64,000 nt of DNA from an uncultured Chloroflexia bacterium (GTDB taxonomy: Bacteria; Chloroflexota; Anaerolineae; CG2-30-64-16), in NCBI GenBank assembly GCA_963810095.1, contig CAWEMM010000006.1, forward strand, positions 1,792,001-1,856,000, read 5' to 3'. Positions 8,866-19,172 of this stretch are shown here, one piece after another. Every line of letters begins with the position of its first letter. Position 1 is the stretch's first letter. The position numbers and the translations under genes are program-made. The notes below the pieces were generated by a model. That model searched no databases and was not told where the DNA came from. It saw only the letters and a program-made list of their open reading frames with translations.

Positions 8866-10110
8866 CTATTCGTAGCGCAACGCTTCGATCGGATTCAAGC
8901 GGGACGCCCGGGTCGCGGGATAGATGCCGAAAAAGAGCCCCACTGCGGCCGAGAACCCGGTGGCGAGCAGCACGGACTGGACCGTGACGACCGCGACCAG
9001 GTCGGTCTGCAGCTTGGAGATGGCGACCGCGCCGCTGGCGCCCAGCGCAATCCCCAGCAGGCCGCCGATGAGGGCCAGGACGACGGACTCAATCAGGAAC
9101 TGGAGCAGGATGTCGCGACGCTTGGCCCCGACGGCCTTGCGCAGCCCAATCTCACGGGTGCGCTCGGTCACCGATACAAGCATGATGTTCATAATGCCGA
9201 TGCCGCCGACCAGCAGGCTGATCCCGGCGATCGCGCCCAGGAAGACCGTCAGGACGTTCGTGATTTGGCCGAAGATCGACAGCAGGTCCTGCTGGTTGAT
9301 GACGGTGAAGTCGTCCTCGTCCTGGTAACGGATGTCGTGGCGTTGGCGCAGCAGGTCGGAAATTTCCTTCGAGGCCTGGGCCATGCGGTCCTCGCTCACC
9401 ACTTGCGCGTAGACCACGGAGAGCGTCTGTTCGCCTTTGCGATTGTGGAACCGCGGGAACAGGCGCTCGTGCGCAGTCGACAGCGGCACCATCACCACCT
9501 CATCCTGATTGCCGCCCGGTCCACCCGTGCCGCCCTTTTCCTCGAGCACGCCAATCACCTTGAAAGGGATGTTGTTGATTTTGATACTTGCCCCGACCGG
9601 GTACGCGCCGGCCTCGTCGAAGAGGCGTTCCGCGACCCGACTGCCAATCACGGCGACCCGGCTGCGCGCGTTGATGTCGCCGTCGTCGATAAAGCTACCG
9701 AATTGGACGGTCCGGTTGCGCACTTTCGCATAGTCGGGTGTCACACCGGACACGGATATGCGCAGTGAAGTTTTGCCGCGGCTGACGTCCGCGTTCGACA
9801 GGATCTCGGGTGCGACGGCCACCACGTCGGGCACGTTGAACGGATCCGCGATGGCCTGGGCATCTTCCAGCGTCATGCCCGTGCCCGAGCGGAGCGCGTT
9901 GGCGCCCAAGTTGCCGGGCACCACAAAGAGGAGGTTTGTACCGATGCTCTGCAATTGGGAGCGCACCAGGTTCTGCACGCCTTCGCCCACAGATAAGAGC
10001 GTGATCACGGCCCCGACGCCGATGATGATGCCCAGCATGGTCAGGGCGGAGCGCAGCTTGTTCACGGAGAGTGCGCGCAGCGCGAGGCGGATTTGTTCGA
10101 CGACGTTCAT
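8866..10110 (-). CDS. ABC transporter permease, MacB/FtsX family
   Basis: NKLRSALTMLGIIIGV, ISLLVGGIGIMNIMLVSVTERTREIG, C-terminal PIEALRYE. Confidence 0.95.
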   Translation of the reverse strand: MNVVEQIRLALRALSVNKLRSALTMLGIIIGVGAVITLLSVGEGVQNLVRSQLQSIGTNLLFVVPGNLGANALRSGTGMTLEDAQAIADPFNVPDVVAVAPEILSNADVSRGKTSLRISVSGVTPDYAKVRNRTVQFGSFIDDGDINARSRVAVIGSRVAERLFDEAGAYPVGASIKINNIPFKVIGVLEEKGGTGGPGGNQDEVVMVPLSTAHERLFPRFHNRKGEQTLSVVYAQVVSEDRMAQASKEISDLLRQRHDIRYQDEDDFTVINQQDLLSIFGQITNVLTVFLGAIAGISLLVGGIGIMNIMLVSVTERTREIGLRKAVGAKRRDILLQFLIESVVLALIGGLLGIALGASGAVAISKLQTDLVAVVTVQSVLLATGFSAAVGLFFGIYPATRASRLNPIEALRYE

Positions 10111-10133
10111 GTGCTATTGCTCATTACAGTCCA

Positions 10134-10964
10134 TCAGCAGCCGTCCGGCCGTCCGAGACGACTTTGATACGCAGAATCGCCGGCCATCCGCGGCGAATCG
10201 TTGACCTCGTCCGACCGGATCACACCGTCATAAATGTGGACGGCCCGCCGGCAGTGCTCAGCGATGTCGGGTTCGTGGGTAACCAGGATCACCGTGATGC
10301 CCTGCTCCACGTTCAGGCGCTGGAAAATGCCCATGACCTCGGCGCCTGCCTTCGAGTCCAGGTTGCCCGTCGGCTCGTCCGCAAGGATGATGCGCGGATC
10401 GTTGACCAGTGCCCGCGCGATGGCGACCCGCTGCTGCTGGCCGCCCGACAGCTCGTTGGGCCGGTGGTGCACCCGGTCCTGCAGGCCCACCAACTCCAGG
10501 GCAGACATGGCGCGCTCGCGGCGGTCGCGGGGCCGCGTGCCCGAGTAGACCAGGGGCAGCTCGACATTCGCGAGCGCGTCGGTGCGCGCCAGCAGATTGA
10601 AGCTCTGGAACACGAAGCCGATGCGCTTGCTGCGGACCTCGGCCAGCCGGTCGTCGTTGAAGCGGCTCACATCCGCTCCGGCAAGCCGGTAAACGCCCGA
10701 AGTGGGCTGGTCGAGGCAGCCGATCACGTTCATCAGCGTTGACTTGCCCGAGCCAGACGGCCCCATAATCGCGATCATCTCGCCCTGGCAGAAGGAAACC
10801 GTGACCCCCCGCAGGGCACGTACCTCGATGGCCGCCGCGCCGGGCGGGCCCATCCGGTAGACCTTAGTAATGTCCTGCAGCTCGATCACCGGGCCCCCGG
10901 CAGGGGTCGCTGCGTTGACGACTGCCGGCTCAGTGTGCGCAATTTGGGTCATCTGCGGATTCAT
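10134..10964 (-). CDS. ABC transporter ATP-binding protein, MacB/LolD family
   Basis: [39 protein letters not shown]. Confidence 0.95.
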   Translation of the reverse strand: MNPQMTQIAHTEPAVVNAATPAGGPVIELQDITKVYRMGPPGAAAIEVRALRGVTVSFCQGEMIAIMGPSGSGKSTLMNVIGCLDQPTSGVYRLAGADVSRFNDDRLAEVRSKRIGFVFQSFNLLARTDALANVELPLVYSGTRPRDRRERAMSALELVGLQDRVHHRPNELSGGQQQRVAIARALVNDPRIILADEPTGNLDSKAGAEVMGIFQRLNVEQGITVILVTHEPDIAEHCRRAVHIYDGVIRSDEVNDSPRMAGDSAYQSRLGRPDGC

Positions 10965-12432
10965 CAGCCACCACCGAACAAGCTGCGCAGCTGTTGTTGC
11001 CCCGAGCGGTTTTGGATGGCGAGCGTATCTCCTTCGGCGACGCCGCTGCGCACCTCGCTGAACTGCTCGTCACGCAGCCCAATCTGCACCTCGGTCTTGA
11101 CCAGCTCTGAGCCGGCCACTCGCTCCACGAATGTCTTACCGGTCTCGCGTTCCAGCTGCACCGCTCGGTTCGGGACCAACAGAACGTTGGGCCGTGTGTC
11201 GGCGATGATGGTCGCGGTCGCGCTCATGCCGCCCAACAGCGGCGCATTCGTTGGATCGAGGTCGAGGCGGACGGCATAGGAGACCCCCCCGGTGGCGCTC
11301 GTGGTGGCCGCAGGGGAGATTCGGCTCAGCTTTCCCGTGAGCTTAGTATCGGGCAGCGCGTCGATCTCCACCTGGACGGGTTGGCCTGACCGGATGGCCG
11401 CGACGTCGACTTCGTCGACCTGGACGTCGAGGTGAAACTGGCTTGTGTCAGAGAGCCTGACGGCGGGTTGGGCGGGCGCGGCCTGGGCGCCCTGGACGAT
11501 GCTCACTTGGGTGACGACACCGTCCCACGGGGCGACGAGACGCGCGTTTTCGAGGCGCCGCTGAGCCACCTGCAGGCTGAGCATGGCCTGGTCCACCCCG
11601 GCCCGAGCGGCGGCGAGTTGGCCTTGGGAGCTGCCCCGCTTGAGCCGGTCGAGGTTGGCCTGCGCCTGCGCGACCTGCGCCTCAGCGGCCGTGACCTGCG
11701 ACTCGGCGCTCGTGACCTGTGACCGCGCGGCCTCGACCTGGGCGCCGGTCACCGATTTCTCTGCCGCCCGGTACTGCGCCTCGGCGGTTTGCAGCGCGAT
11801 CGTGGCGTTTTGAAGTTGGACGCTTTGGGGCAGCAGGCCGACGTCGGGCCGGTCCTTCACCTTGTCGTACGCCTGCTGAGCCTGCTGAAGCTGGACGCGC
11901 GCCTGGTCCACCTGGGCCTGGACCGATGCAAGCGTGTCCTTGTCCGGACCCTTCAGCGTCTGCTGGTAATTCGCCTGCGCGCTCTTCAGGGTCTGCTGCG
12001 CGCCTTAACCGCCTGCTGCCCACTGGCGAGCGCGGCCTGCGCGGCGGCGAGGTCGACCGTGTTAGCGGCTTCCTGCAGCTGCTGGAGCTGGGCTTCAGCC
12101 TGTTTGATGCTGACCTGTGCCTGTTTTTCCGCCAGTTCGAGATCGGTCGTATCCAGAGCTGCCAGCACATCGCCCGCCTTCACAGCCTGGCCGACGTCCA
12201 CTTTTACTGTGTCGATGGTGCCGGACGCGGCGAATGCGAGGTTGACCTCGCGCTCGGGCAGCACCAGCCCGGTCGCGCTGACCGTCGCGGAGATATCTCC
12301 CCGGGTCACCTTCACCGGTTCGTAAGCGGGGGCTGCCGCGGCCGCCTGGCGTTTCTGATATTCCTGGTATCCAAAATAGCCCGCAGCGCCCAGCACCGCG
12401 AGGACGAGGACAACTATGAACAGTTTGCGCAT
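10964..12432 (-). CDS. Efflux periplasmic adaptor (MacA/HlyD family); frameshift near 12000
   Basis: N-terminal TM, lipoyl half-motifs [12 protein letters not shown] and LVAPWDGVV, long coiled coil; split across ORFs 11986..12471 and 10964..11911. Confidence 0.9.
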
Positions 12433-12637
12433 GAAACCGCCTGTTTGGAAGCAAAAGAACCTGGAGTGCATACACTTTGCACAACCCTAATGATATTACC
12501 CCAGGCTCGCTTGCTCCGCAACGTACATTACCGGACCGCGATTTGGTTTTCGGAACTAGCCAAGCGGACGCTCAATCTGCCTCTGCAGCGAAGGAAGTAC
12601 GAGGCTCGTGAAATCCGTGGCGGCCTGGTCTTTGCTC

Positions 12638-12655
12638 TTGTCAAGAGTTGCACAA
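12638..12655. promoter_or_regulatory. Rex operator candidate
   Basis: TTGTCAAGAGTTGCACAA, two mismatches from the TTGTGAA-n4-TTCACAA consensus, upstream of rex. Confidence 0.7.
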
Positions 12656-12676
12656 AAACTGCACGTGTGCTAGAAT
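12648..12676 (+). promoter_or_regulatory. Sigma70-type promoter of rex
   Basis: TTGCAC-17 nt-TAGAAT with a TG extension. Confidence 0.65.
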
Positions 12677-12786
12677 AAAGTTCCGGAAGCACAAGCACTA
12701 CGCGAGCGTATCACACGTGGTGTTACAGACAGGGTGCGACCCGGTGGTAACCGGCAGGCGGTTTGCCTGCACCTGGAGGGAGAGCA

Positions 12787-13419
12787 ATGGCAAAGAGGAT
12801 GATCCCGGACATCGTGATCGGCCGGCTGCCTGTTTACTTGCGCGCGTTAGGATTTCTGATTGCCGAAGGGCGGCAAATCACCTCGTCGCAGGAGTTGGGC
12901 GACCGCCTCGGCATCTCGTCGGCGCAGATCCGCAAGGACCTGTCCCACTTTGGCGAGTTTGGCAAGCAGGGCACGGGCTACGACATCAATTTCCTGTACG
13001 AGCAGTTGCGGACCATTCTCAAGGTCAACCGGATGTGGGACGTGGCGCTGGTGGGCGCCGGCAACCTCGGCAAAGCCATCGCCGACTACGGCGGCTTCAA
13101 GGGCAAGGGCTTCCACATCCAGGCGATCTTCGACATCAAGGATGAGAAGGTCGGGACGCCGATGGGGATCGACAACATCGTCGTGCAGCCGGTCAGCGAG
13201 CTTGCCGAGACGATTAAGTCGAAGGGCGTCACGGTTGGCATTATCGCCGTGCCCGCAGAAGAGGCCCAGGCGGTTGCGCGGACGATGGTCGAGGCGGGCG
13301 TGAAGGCGATCCTTAACTACGTGCCCATCACACTGACCGTCCCCAGCAACGTGCGCGTCCAGTACATCGACCCCGTTGTCGGCCTGCAGCGCATGACGTA
13401 TTACCTGCCCGAGAAGTAA
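12787..13419 (+). CDS. rex: Redox-sensing transcriptional repressor Rex
   Basis: RLPVYLRAL, SSQELG, QIRKDLSHFGEFGKQGTGY, VGAGNLG, AILNYVP. Confidence 0.97.
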   Translation: MAKRMIPDIVIGRLPVYLRALGFLIAEGRQITSSQELGDRLGISSAQIRKDLSHFGEFGKQGTGYDINFLYEQLRTILKVNRMWDVALVGAGNLGKAIADYGGFKGKGFHIQAIFDIKDEKVGTPMGIDNIVVQPVSELAETIKSKGVTVGIIAVPAEEAQAVARTMVEAGVKAILNYVPITLTVPSNVRVQYIDPVVGLQRMTYYLPEK

Positions 13420-13426
13420 GAATAGT

Positions 13427-13510
13427 CCGCTGATCGAACGGATCGAACTGATTGACCTGATCTTCAACTTTGGAAGATCACGAAGATCAGTTCGATCCGC
13501 TTAATCACGG
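13427..13510. repeat. 9-nt-periodic long inverted repeat (TGATCGAAC type)
   Basis: TGATCGAAC GGATCGAAC TGATTGACC TGATCTTC ... GAAGATCA...GATCAGTTCGATCCG. Confidence 0.75.
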
Positions 13511-13658
13511 GGCGATTCGAGATTCCGCCCGCGTTCCTCTCCTCAGGACACATGACCCGCATCATAGCGTGACGCGGCCTCAGATGCTATAGTACTCCTA
13601 TTGCCAGAACTCATTTTCCAGGCCGGCCGGGTGGCCAGCCCGTCACGGAGATTTCGCT

Positions 13659-14096
13659 ATGTCCGCCAAGCATCTGGTGGTTGATATCATGACCCGCAAC
13701 CCGGTGACGGTCACGCCACGGAATGCGATCCGCACAGCGATCAACCTGATGCGCGAAGGCGGATATCGCCGGCTTCCGGTGGTCGATCGCGGGCGCCTGG
13801 TTGGCATCATTACGGATCGGGATCTGCGCCGTGCGGCGAATTCCCCCTTCGTCGTTCGCGAGCAGTGGTACGACAACTTCATTCTGGACCACATCGAGGT
13901 CGGTTCGTGCATGACGCCGAACCCGATGACGATCGAGCCCGGTGCGTCGATCGCCGAGGCCGCGCGCCTGATGCGCAACCACAAGATCGGCGGCTTGCCG
14001 GTGGTCGCCGAGAGCCAGCTTGTGGGCATCGTCACCGAGACCGATCTGCTTGATTTCTTGATTGAGACGCTTGCCGCCGAAGTGGCCCCCGTCTGA
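13659..14096 (+). CDS. CBS-domain protein (AcuB-like N-terminal module)
   Basis: IMTRNPVTV, RRLPVV, GIITDRDL, KIGGLPVV, GIVTETD. Confidence 0.9.
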   Translation: MSAKHLVVDIMTRNPVTVTPRNAIRTAINLMREGGYRRLPVVDRGRLVGIITDRDLRRAANSPFVVREQWYDNFILDHIEVGSCMTPNPMTIEPGASIAEAARLMRNHKIGGLPVVAESQLVGIVTETDLLDFLIETLAAEVAPV

Positions 14097-14135
14097 AAAA
14101 CCCGCAACGGGCACGGCCAGCTAACCCTACACCCA

Positions 14136-14168
14136 GCGCCTGCGCCCTTGACGCAGGCGCCTGTTTCT
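14136..14168 (+). terminator. Putative intrinsic terminator
   Basis: GCGCCTGCG-7 nt-CGCAGGCGC followed by CTGTTTCT. Confidence 0.5.
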
Positions 14169-14254
14169 TATCCGGGTCACACCTGTCGCGGCGAGACCGT
14201 CCGGAGACAGGTGCGCAGGGACGAGAAACTTGTCCGACCTAGGAATACACCCAA

Positions 14255-16066
14255 ATGTTTAGTCGCGCGGATTTAATCTTTCTACATGCCCCCAGCGTGT
14301 ATGATTTTCGAAAGCACTCCATTCTGTATGGCCCGGTGAGCGACCTGGTTCCCTCGACCCCCGTGTTCGAGATGTACCCAATCGGCTTTACCACCATGGC
14401 AGAGTATCTCGAGCGGCACGGACACCGCGTCCGCATCGTCAATCTCGCCGTCCGCATGCTTAAGGACGAGCGCTTCGACCCCGAGGCGTTGGTCAAGAGT
14501 CTCAACCCGGTAGCGTTCGGCATCGATCTGCACTGGCTGCCCCACGCGCACGGTGCGCTCGCCGTCGCGGAGATGGTGAAGAAACACCACCCCGACACGC
14601 CGATCATCTTCGGCGGTTTCTCGTCGACTTACTTCCACGAGGAACTGATCCGCTACCCGTTCGTCGATTTCGTAATCCGGGGCGACTCGACCGAAGAGCC
14701 GCTGCGCCAGTTGATGGACATTCTGACGGGACGCGGCCAACGGGGCGAGGCAAAGCTCCGCACGCTGGCCCAGATCCCAAACCTGACGTGGAAGGATAAA
14801 TCGGGTGAGGTCCAGGTCAACCCGCACACCTACCGGCCGGATAACCTCGATAACGTGATGCTCGACTACCGGTACGTCGTCCGCGCCGCAGTGCGTGACC
14901 TCGACATGAGCAATTACGTGCCATTCAAGGACTGGACCGACTACCCGATCATGGCGGCATTGTCGTGCCGCGGCTGCACCCAGTCGTGCGTAATCTGCGG
15001 GGGCTCGGGCGCGGCATTCAAGAAGATGCACGGCCGCGACAAGCCGGCCTTCCGCGATCCGGACCTGCTGGCCGCGGACGTCCGGCGCATCAGTCGCATG
15101 AGCGCAGGCCCCGTGTTCATCCTGGGCGACCTGCGGCAGCCCGGCCGCGACTATGCCCGCCGCTTCTTCGATGCGATGAAGGGCTTCGACGGCCCCATCA
15201 TCACCGAGTTGTTTTCGCCTGCGTCGCGCGAGTTCCTGGCCGACATGGCGAAAGCGATGCCTAATTTCACCCTGGAAGTTTCGCTCGAAAGCCATGATCC
15301 GGTCGTCCGCAATGCGTTTGGGAAACATTACGGGAACGAGCCGATGGAGCGGACGCTGCAGGACGCGCTCGATGTCGGGGCGCAGCGCCTGGACGTGTTC
15401 TTTATGTCGGGTTTGCCCCAGCAAACGGCCGCTTCGGTTTTGAAGACCGTGGACTATTGCGAGGACCTGATCAAGCGCTTCGGGAAAGACGGCCGGCTCG
15501 CGCCGTTTATTTCACCCCTGGCGCCATTCCTCGACCCCGGCAGCCGAGGGTACGAGGAGCCGGCAGTGCATGGGTACAAGCTGTTCGCACACACACTGGA
15601 AGAGCACCGTCATCTGCTTGTTGCGCCCAGCTGGAAATATGTGCTCAATTATGAAACGGAATGGATGGACCGCCACCAGCTCGTGGACGCGACGTACGCA
15701 GCGGGCAGGCGCTTGAACCAGATCAAGGCCGAGTACGGCCTGGTGCCCCGGGCGCAGGCCGCCGCTACTGAGCAGCGCATTGACTGGGCGGTGCGACTTA
15801 TCACCGAGATCGACCGCCTGATGGTCACGACGACGAAGGATGAATTCCAGCGCGAAATGGCGCGCTTGCGGCCCGAGATCGAGCGGGCAAATATGAGCAC
15901 CGTGTGTGACAAGCGCGAACTGAACATAGATGTGAAGGGCCCAAAGTTGAACTATGGGCAAGTCGCGGATATGATAGTGAGCGACGCGGCGCAAGTGGTC
16001 AGCCGCGCTCTTACCGCGCCTTTCCGGCGTCCGGCTCCAGCCCCGGCGTCAATCGAAAACGAATAA
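14255..16066 (+). CDS. B12-binding domain / radical SAM protein (resembles the TIGR04190 family)
   Basis: N-terminal cobalamin-binding-like domain (GIDLHWLPHAHG, IIFGGFSST, DFVIRGD) and CxxxCxxC motif CTQSCVIC; the family name is recalled, not searched. Confidence 0.85.
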   Translation: MFSRADLIFLHAPSVYDFRKHSILYGPVSDLVPSTPVFEMYPIGFTTMAEYLERHGHRVRIVNLAVRMLKDERFDPEALVKSLNPVAFGIDLHWLPHAHGALAVAEMVKKHHPDTPIIFGGFSSTYFHEELIRYPFVDFVIRGDSTEEPLRQLMDILTGRGQRGEAKLRTLAQIPNLTWKDKSGEVQVNPHTYRPDNLDNVMLDYRYVVRAAVRDLDMSNYVPFKDWTDYPIMAALSCRGCTQSCVICGGSGAAFKKMHGRDKPAFRDPDLLAADVRRISRMSAGPVFILGDLRQPGRDYARRFFDAMKGFDGPIITELFSPASREFLADMAKAMPNFTLEVSLESHDPVVRNAFGKHYGNEPMERTLQDALDVGAQRLDVFFMSGLPQQTAASVLKTVDYCEDLIKRFGKDGRLAPFISPLAPFLDPGSRGYEEPAVHGYKLFAHTLEEHRHLLVAPSWKYVLNYETEWMDRHQLVDATYAAGRRLNQIKAEYGLVPRAQAAATEQRIDWAVRLITEIDRLMVTTTKDEFQREMARLRPEIERANMSTVCDKRELNIDVKGPKLNYGQVADMIVSDAAQVVSRALTAPFRRPAPAPASIENE

Positions 16067-16113
16067 CGTGGGGCAGTGGCAACGATAGAGCTTGTCCCAA
16101 GGAGGTGACAGGT

Positions 16114-16386
16114 ATGGTCAAAGGAACGGTCGCGATTGAGACCGATCGCTGCAAAGGATGCGAGCTGTGCACCCGGGCGTGCCCACAAGACATCCTGTCC
16201 ATGAGCCGCTCGAGTTTCAACGCCCGCGGTTACCGGCCCGTCGTGCTGGTCGATCCGGACGGCAAGTGCACCGGCTGCGCGCTGTGTGCCTTGATGTGCC
16301 CGGACGTCGTGCTGACGGTTTACCGGTATGATTCCCGGACGGCCGAGCGTGAGCGCGTAACACCCTCACAACAAGTACTAGCGTAA
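16114..16386 (+). CDS. 2[4Fe-4S] ferredoxin, delta subunit of a 2-oxoacid:ferredoxin oxidoreductase
   Basis: CKGCELCTRACP and CTGCALCALMCPD; RBS AAGGAGG. Confidence 0.92.
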   Translation: MVKGTVAIETDRCKGCELCTRACPQDILSMSRSSFNARGYRPVVLVDPDGKCTGCALCALMCPDVVLTVYRYDSRTAERERVTPSQQVLA

Positions 16387-16401
16387 ACGGAGGCTTTTTC
16401 C

Positions 16402-17499
16402 ATGGCAAAGGAGCTTTGGGAAGGCAACCAGGCGATTGCCGAGGCCGCCATCCGCGGCGGAGTCGAAGCCTTCTTCGGCTACCCTATTACCCCACAGACC
16501 GAGCTACTCGAATACATGTCGGCGCGGATGCCGGAGCTTGGTCGCGCCTTTTTGCAGGCCGAGAGTGAGGTTGCGTCAATCAACATGGTGTATGGCGCAG
16601 CCTGTGGCGGCGTGCGCGCGATGAGCTCATCGTCCAGCCCGGGCATTAGCTTGATGCAGGAAGGGCTCTCCTACATTGCCGCATCCGAGGTGCCGGCGGT
16701 TCTCGTCGACATCATGCGCGGCGGCCCGGGCCTGGGCAACATCCAACCCAGCCAGTCAGATTACTTCCAGATGACCCGTTCGGCGGGCCACGGCGACTTC
16801 CATCCTATCGTGCTTGCGCCGGCGACCATCCAGGAAGCCGTCGACATCATGTACGACGCTTTTCCGCTGGCCGAGAAGTACCGCACCATTGTGATCCTGG
16901 CGGCGGACGGCTCGCTGGGGCAGATGATGGAGCCTGCGGAGATGCCGCCCATGCGCCAGCCCCTGACCGAAGCGGAGCGCGGCGACTTTGCGGTGCGCGG
17001 CAACAAGGGCCGCGAGCGCCGTATCATCACGTCGCTGTTCCTGCAGGAGCCGCTGCTGGAGGCGCTCAACCGGCGGCTGCAGGCCAAGCTGGAGACGATC
17101 CGCGAGAACGAACAGCGCTGGGAGGAATACCAGGTCGAGGATGCAGAGTATCTGCTGGTCGCGTACGGCACCGTTGCCCGCACCTGCAAGACTGTGATCA
17201 AGGAAGCGCGCAAGGAAGGGCTGCGGGTGGGACTGTTCCGGCCGATCTCGCTCTGGCCGTACCCATACGAACACCTGGCGCGGGTGGCCGAGGGAAAGCG
17301 CGCGCTGCTGACCGTCGAGATGAGCGCGGGCCAGATGCTCGAGGATGTGCGACTGGCCGTGAAGGATCGCGTCCCGGTGGAGTTTTACGGCCGCATGGGC
17401 GGGGTCATGCCGCTGCCAGACGAGGTTCTGGAAGCCCTGCGCGGCGTCGCGTTCACCCACCGGCCCGTCGAGTTGGGCGTGGAGTCGCGCTATTGGTAG
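16402..17499 (+). CDS. vorB: 2-oxoacid:ferredoxin oxidoreductase alpha subunit (3-methyl-2-oxobutanoate dehydrogenase VorB-like)
   Basis: [51 protein letters not shown]. Confidence 0.88.
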   Translation: MAKELWEGNQAIAEAAIRGGVEAFFGYPITPQTELLEYMSARMPELGRAFLQAESEVASINMVYGAACGGVRAMSSSSSPGISLMQEGLSYIAASEVPAVLVDIMRGGPGLGNIQPSQSDYFQMTRSAGHGDFHPIVLAPATIQEAVDIMYDAFPLAEKYRTIVILAADGSLGQMMEPAEMPPMRQPLTEAERGDFAVRGNKGRERRIITSLFLQEPLLEALNRRLQAKLETIRENEQRWEEYQVEDAEYLLVAYGTVARTCKTVIKEARKEGLRVGLFRPISLWPYPYEHLARVAEGKRALLTVEMSAGQMLEDVRLAVKDRVPVEFYGRMGGVMPLPDEVLEALRGVAFTHRPVELGVESRYW

Positions 17500-17509
17500 C
17501 GGGAGACGA

Positions 17510-17604
17510 AATGGGACGCAGATTGAACTGATCGGAGTGATCTACCGGATCTCTTTCAAGCGGATCGGGCGGCGCAGTCTGGTCGGGCAGATCACCGTTC
17601 TATT
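17510..17604. repeat. Degenerate 9-nt-periodic inverted repeat (GCAGAT/TGATC type)
   Basis: GGGACGCAGATTGAACTGATCGGAGTGATC...GGCAGATCACCGTTC lying between operon genes. Confidence 0.5.
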
Positions 17605-17618
17605 AGGAGGTGTCAAAG

Positions 17619-18440
17619 ATGACCATATCACAGGAAGGTAACGGCACCGGGCGGGTCATGACGCCCGCCGAGATCATGGAGCAGGGCCAGGTTGTGTATA
17701 AGCGGCCCGATGCCATGACGGAGAACATCACCAATTACTGTCCCGGCTGCACGCACGGCATTATTCACCGCCTCATTGCCGAGGCGATTGATGAGCTGGG
17801 CATTAGCGAGCGGACCATTATGGTGGCCCCGGTCGGCTGTTCGGTGCTGTTGTACAACTACTTCCAGACCGATTCGGTCGAAGCCGCGCACGGCCGCGCG
17901 CCGGCCATGGCGACCGGCCTCAAGCGGACGCAGCCCGACAAGATCGTGATTACCTACCAGGGCGACGGCGACCTGGCCTCCATCGGCGCGGCCGAAATCC
18001 TGCACGCAGCGAACCGCGGCGAGAACATCTCGGTCTTCTTCGTCAATAACGCGGTCTACGGCATGACGAGCGGCCAGATGGCGCCGACCACGCTGGTCGG
18101 CCAAGTCACGACCTCCTCTCCGCTGGGCCGCGACGAGAAGCTGCACGGGTATCCCATGCGCATGGCGGAGATCATCGCAGGTTTGGCGGGCACATCCTAC
18201 GCTGTGCGGCGGACGGTGTACGACACGAAGACAATCCGCCAGGCCAAGAAGGCAGTAGTGACCGCGCTTAAGGCGCAGGTGGCCGGCCTCGGGCTGACCC
18301 TCGTCGAATTCCTGAGCAGCTGCCCCACCAACTGGCACATGTCGGCCCCCGATTCGCTGACCTGGATTCGCGACGCGATGGTGCCTTACTTCCCGCTCGG
18401 CGATTTCAAAGTGACCGACGAAGTGAAGGCGCTCGGATGA
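17619..18440 (+). CDS. 2-oxoacid:ferredoxin oxidoreductase beta (TPP-binding) subunit
   Basis: YCPGCTHG, PVGC, HGRAPA, YQGDGDLASIG, NNAVYGMTSGQMAPTT, SSCPTNW. Confidence 0.92.
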   Translation: MTISQEGNGTGRVMTPAEIMEQGQVVYKRPDAMTENITNYCPGCTHGIIHRLIAEAIDELGISERTIMVAPVGCSVLLYNYFQTDSVEAAHGRAPAMATGLKRTQPDKIVITYQGDGDLASIGAAEILHAANRGENISVFFVNNAVYGMTSGQMAPTTLVGQVTTSSPLGRDEKLHGYPMRMAEIIAGLAGTSYAVRRTVYDTKTIRQAKKAVVTALKAQVAGLGLTLVEFLSSCPTNWHMSAPDSLTWIRDAMVPYFPLGDFKVTDEVKALG

Positions 18441-18444
18441 ACGG

Positions 18445-18503
18445 CAACACAAAGGCACACAGAGACAAGGAAGACGTTGTGTCGCGGTGTCTTTGTGTTA
18501 AGC
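18445..18503. repeat. ACACAAAG-type inverted-repeat element
   Basis: CAACACAAAGGCACAC...GTGTCTTTGTGTTAAGC. Confidence 0.8.
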
Positions 18504-18525
18504 GTCCCCTGGCAAAGGAGCCACG

Positions 18526-19077
18526 ATGAACGAGGAGATCATCTTCTCCGGTTTTGGCGGGCAGGGCGCCCTCTTCGCCGGCCAACTGCTGGCGTATTCT
18601 GCGCTCGACAGCGGCCTGCACGTGACCTGGATCCCTTCCTACGGGCCGGAGATGCGCGGCGGCACCGCGCACTGCACCGTGGTTATTTCCGACGAACCCA
18701 TCGGTTCGCCTTCGGTGCGCCACCCGCGCTCGGTGGTGGCCCTTAACCTGCCTTCGTTTGAAAAATACGAGCCGTTGATCAAGCCCGGCGGGTTGATGGT
18801 GTACAACGAGTCGCTGATCCCGGCGAAACCAAGCCGTACGGATCTTCGTTACATTGCAGTACCCGCCAACGACATTGCCGACGAACTGGGGAATGTGCGT
18901 ATGGCGAACGTGGTGTTGCTCGGCGCATATTTCGCGACGACAGGAACGATGGCGCTCGAGACGGTAGAGAGCGCGCTCGATTTGCACCTGGGCGAGCGCC
19001 AGCGCAAATACCTGGGCGCGAACAAGCAGGCCCTCCGCCGCGGCGCAGAAGTCGTCTCCGCGGGAGAACCCGCTTAA
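18526..19077 (+). CDS. 2-oxoacid:ferredoxin oxidoreductase gamma subunit
   Basis: SGFGGQG, PSYGPEMRGGTA, NVVLLGA. Confidence 0.93.
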   Translation: MNEEIIFSGFGGQGALFAGQLLAYSALDSGLHVTWIPSYGPEMRGGTAHCTVVISDEPIGSPSVRHPRSVVALNLPSFEKYEPLIKPGGLMVYNESLIPAKPSRTDLRYIAVPANDIADELGNVRMANVVLLGAYFATTGTMALETVESALDLHLGERQRKYLGANKQALRRGAEVVSAGEPA

Positions 19078-19135
19078 CACAAAGACACAAGGACACAACG
19101 GCGCAGAGACTTCGTGTCTTTGTGCCTTTGTGTTG
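19072..19135. repeat. ACACAAAG-type inverted-repeat element; inverted near-copy of 18445-18503
   Basis: GCTTAACACAAAGACACAAGGACACAAC...GTGTCTTTGTGCCTTTGTGTTG. Confidence 0.8.
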
Positions 19136-19172
19136 TTAGTTTGTACACCGTCCTCAACAAGGAGGTTGAGTC

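Noticed and set aside
12466-12484. Second Rex site upstream of the efflux operon (GTGCATACACTTTGCACAA)
   Set aside because: Only one good half-site and the spacing does not fit the 18-bp consensus.
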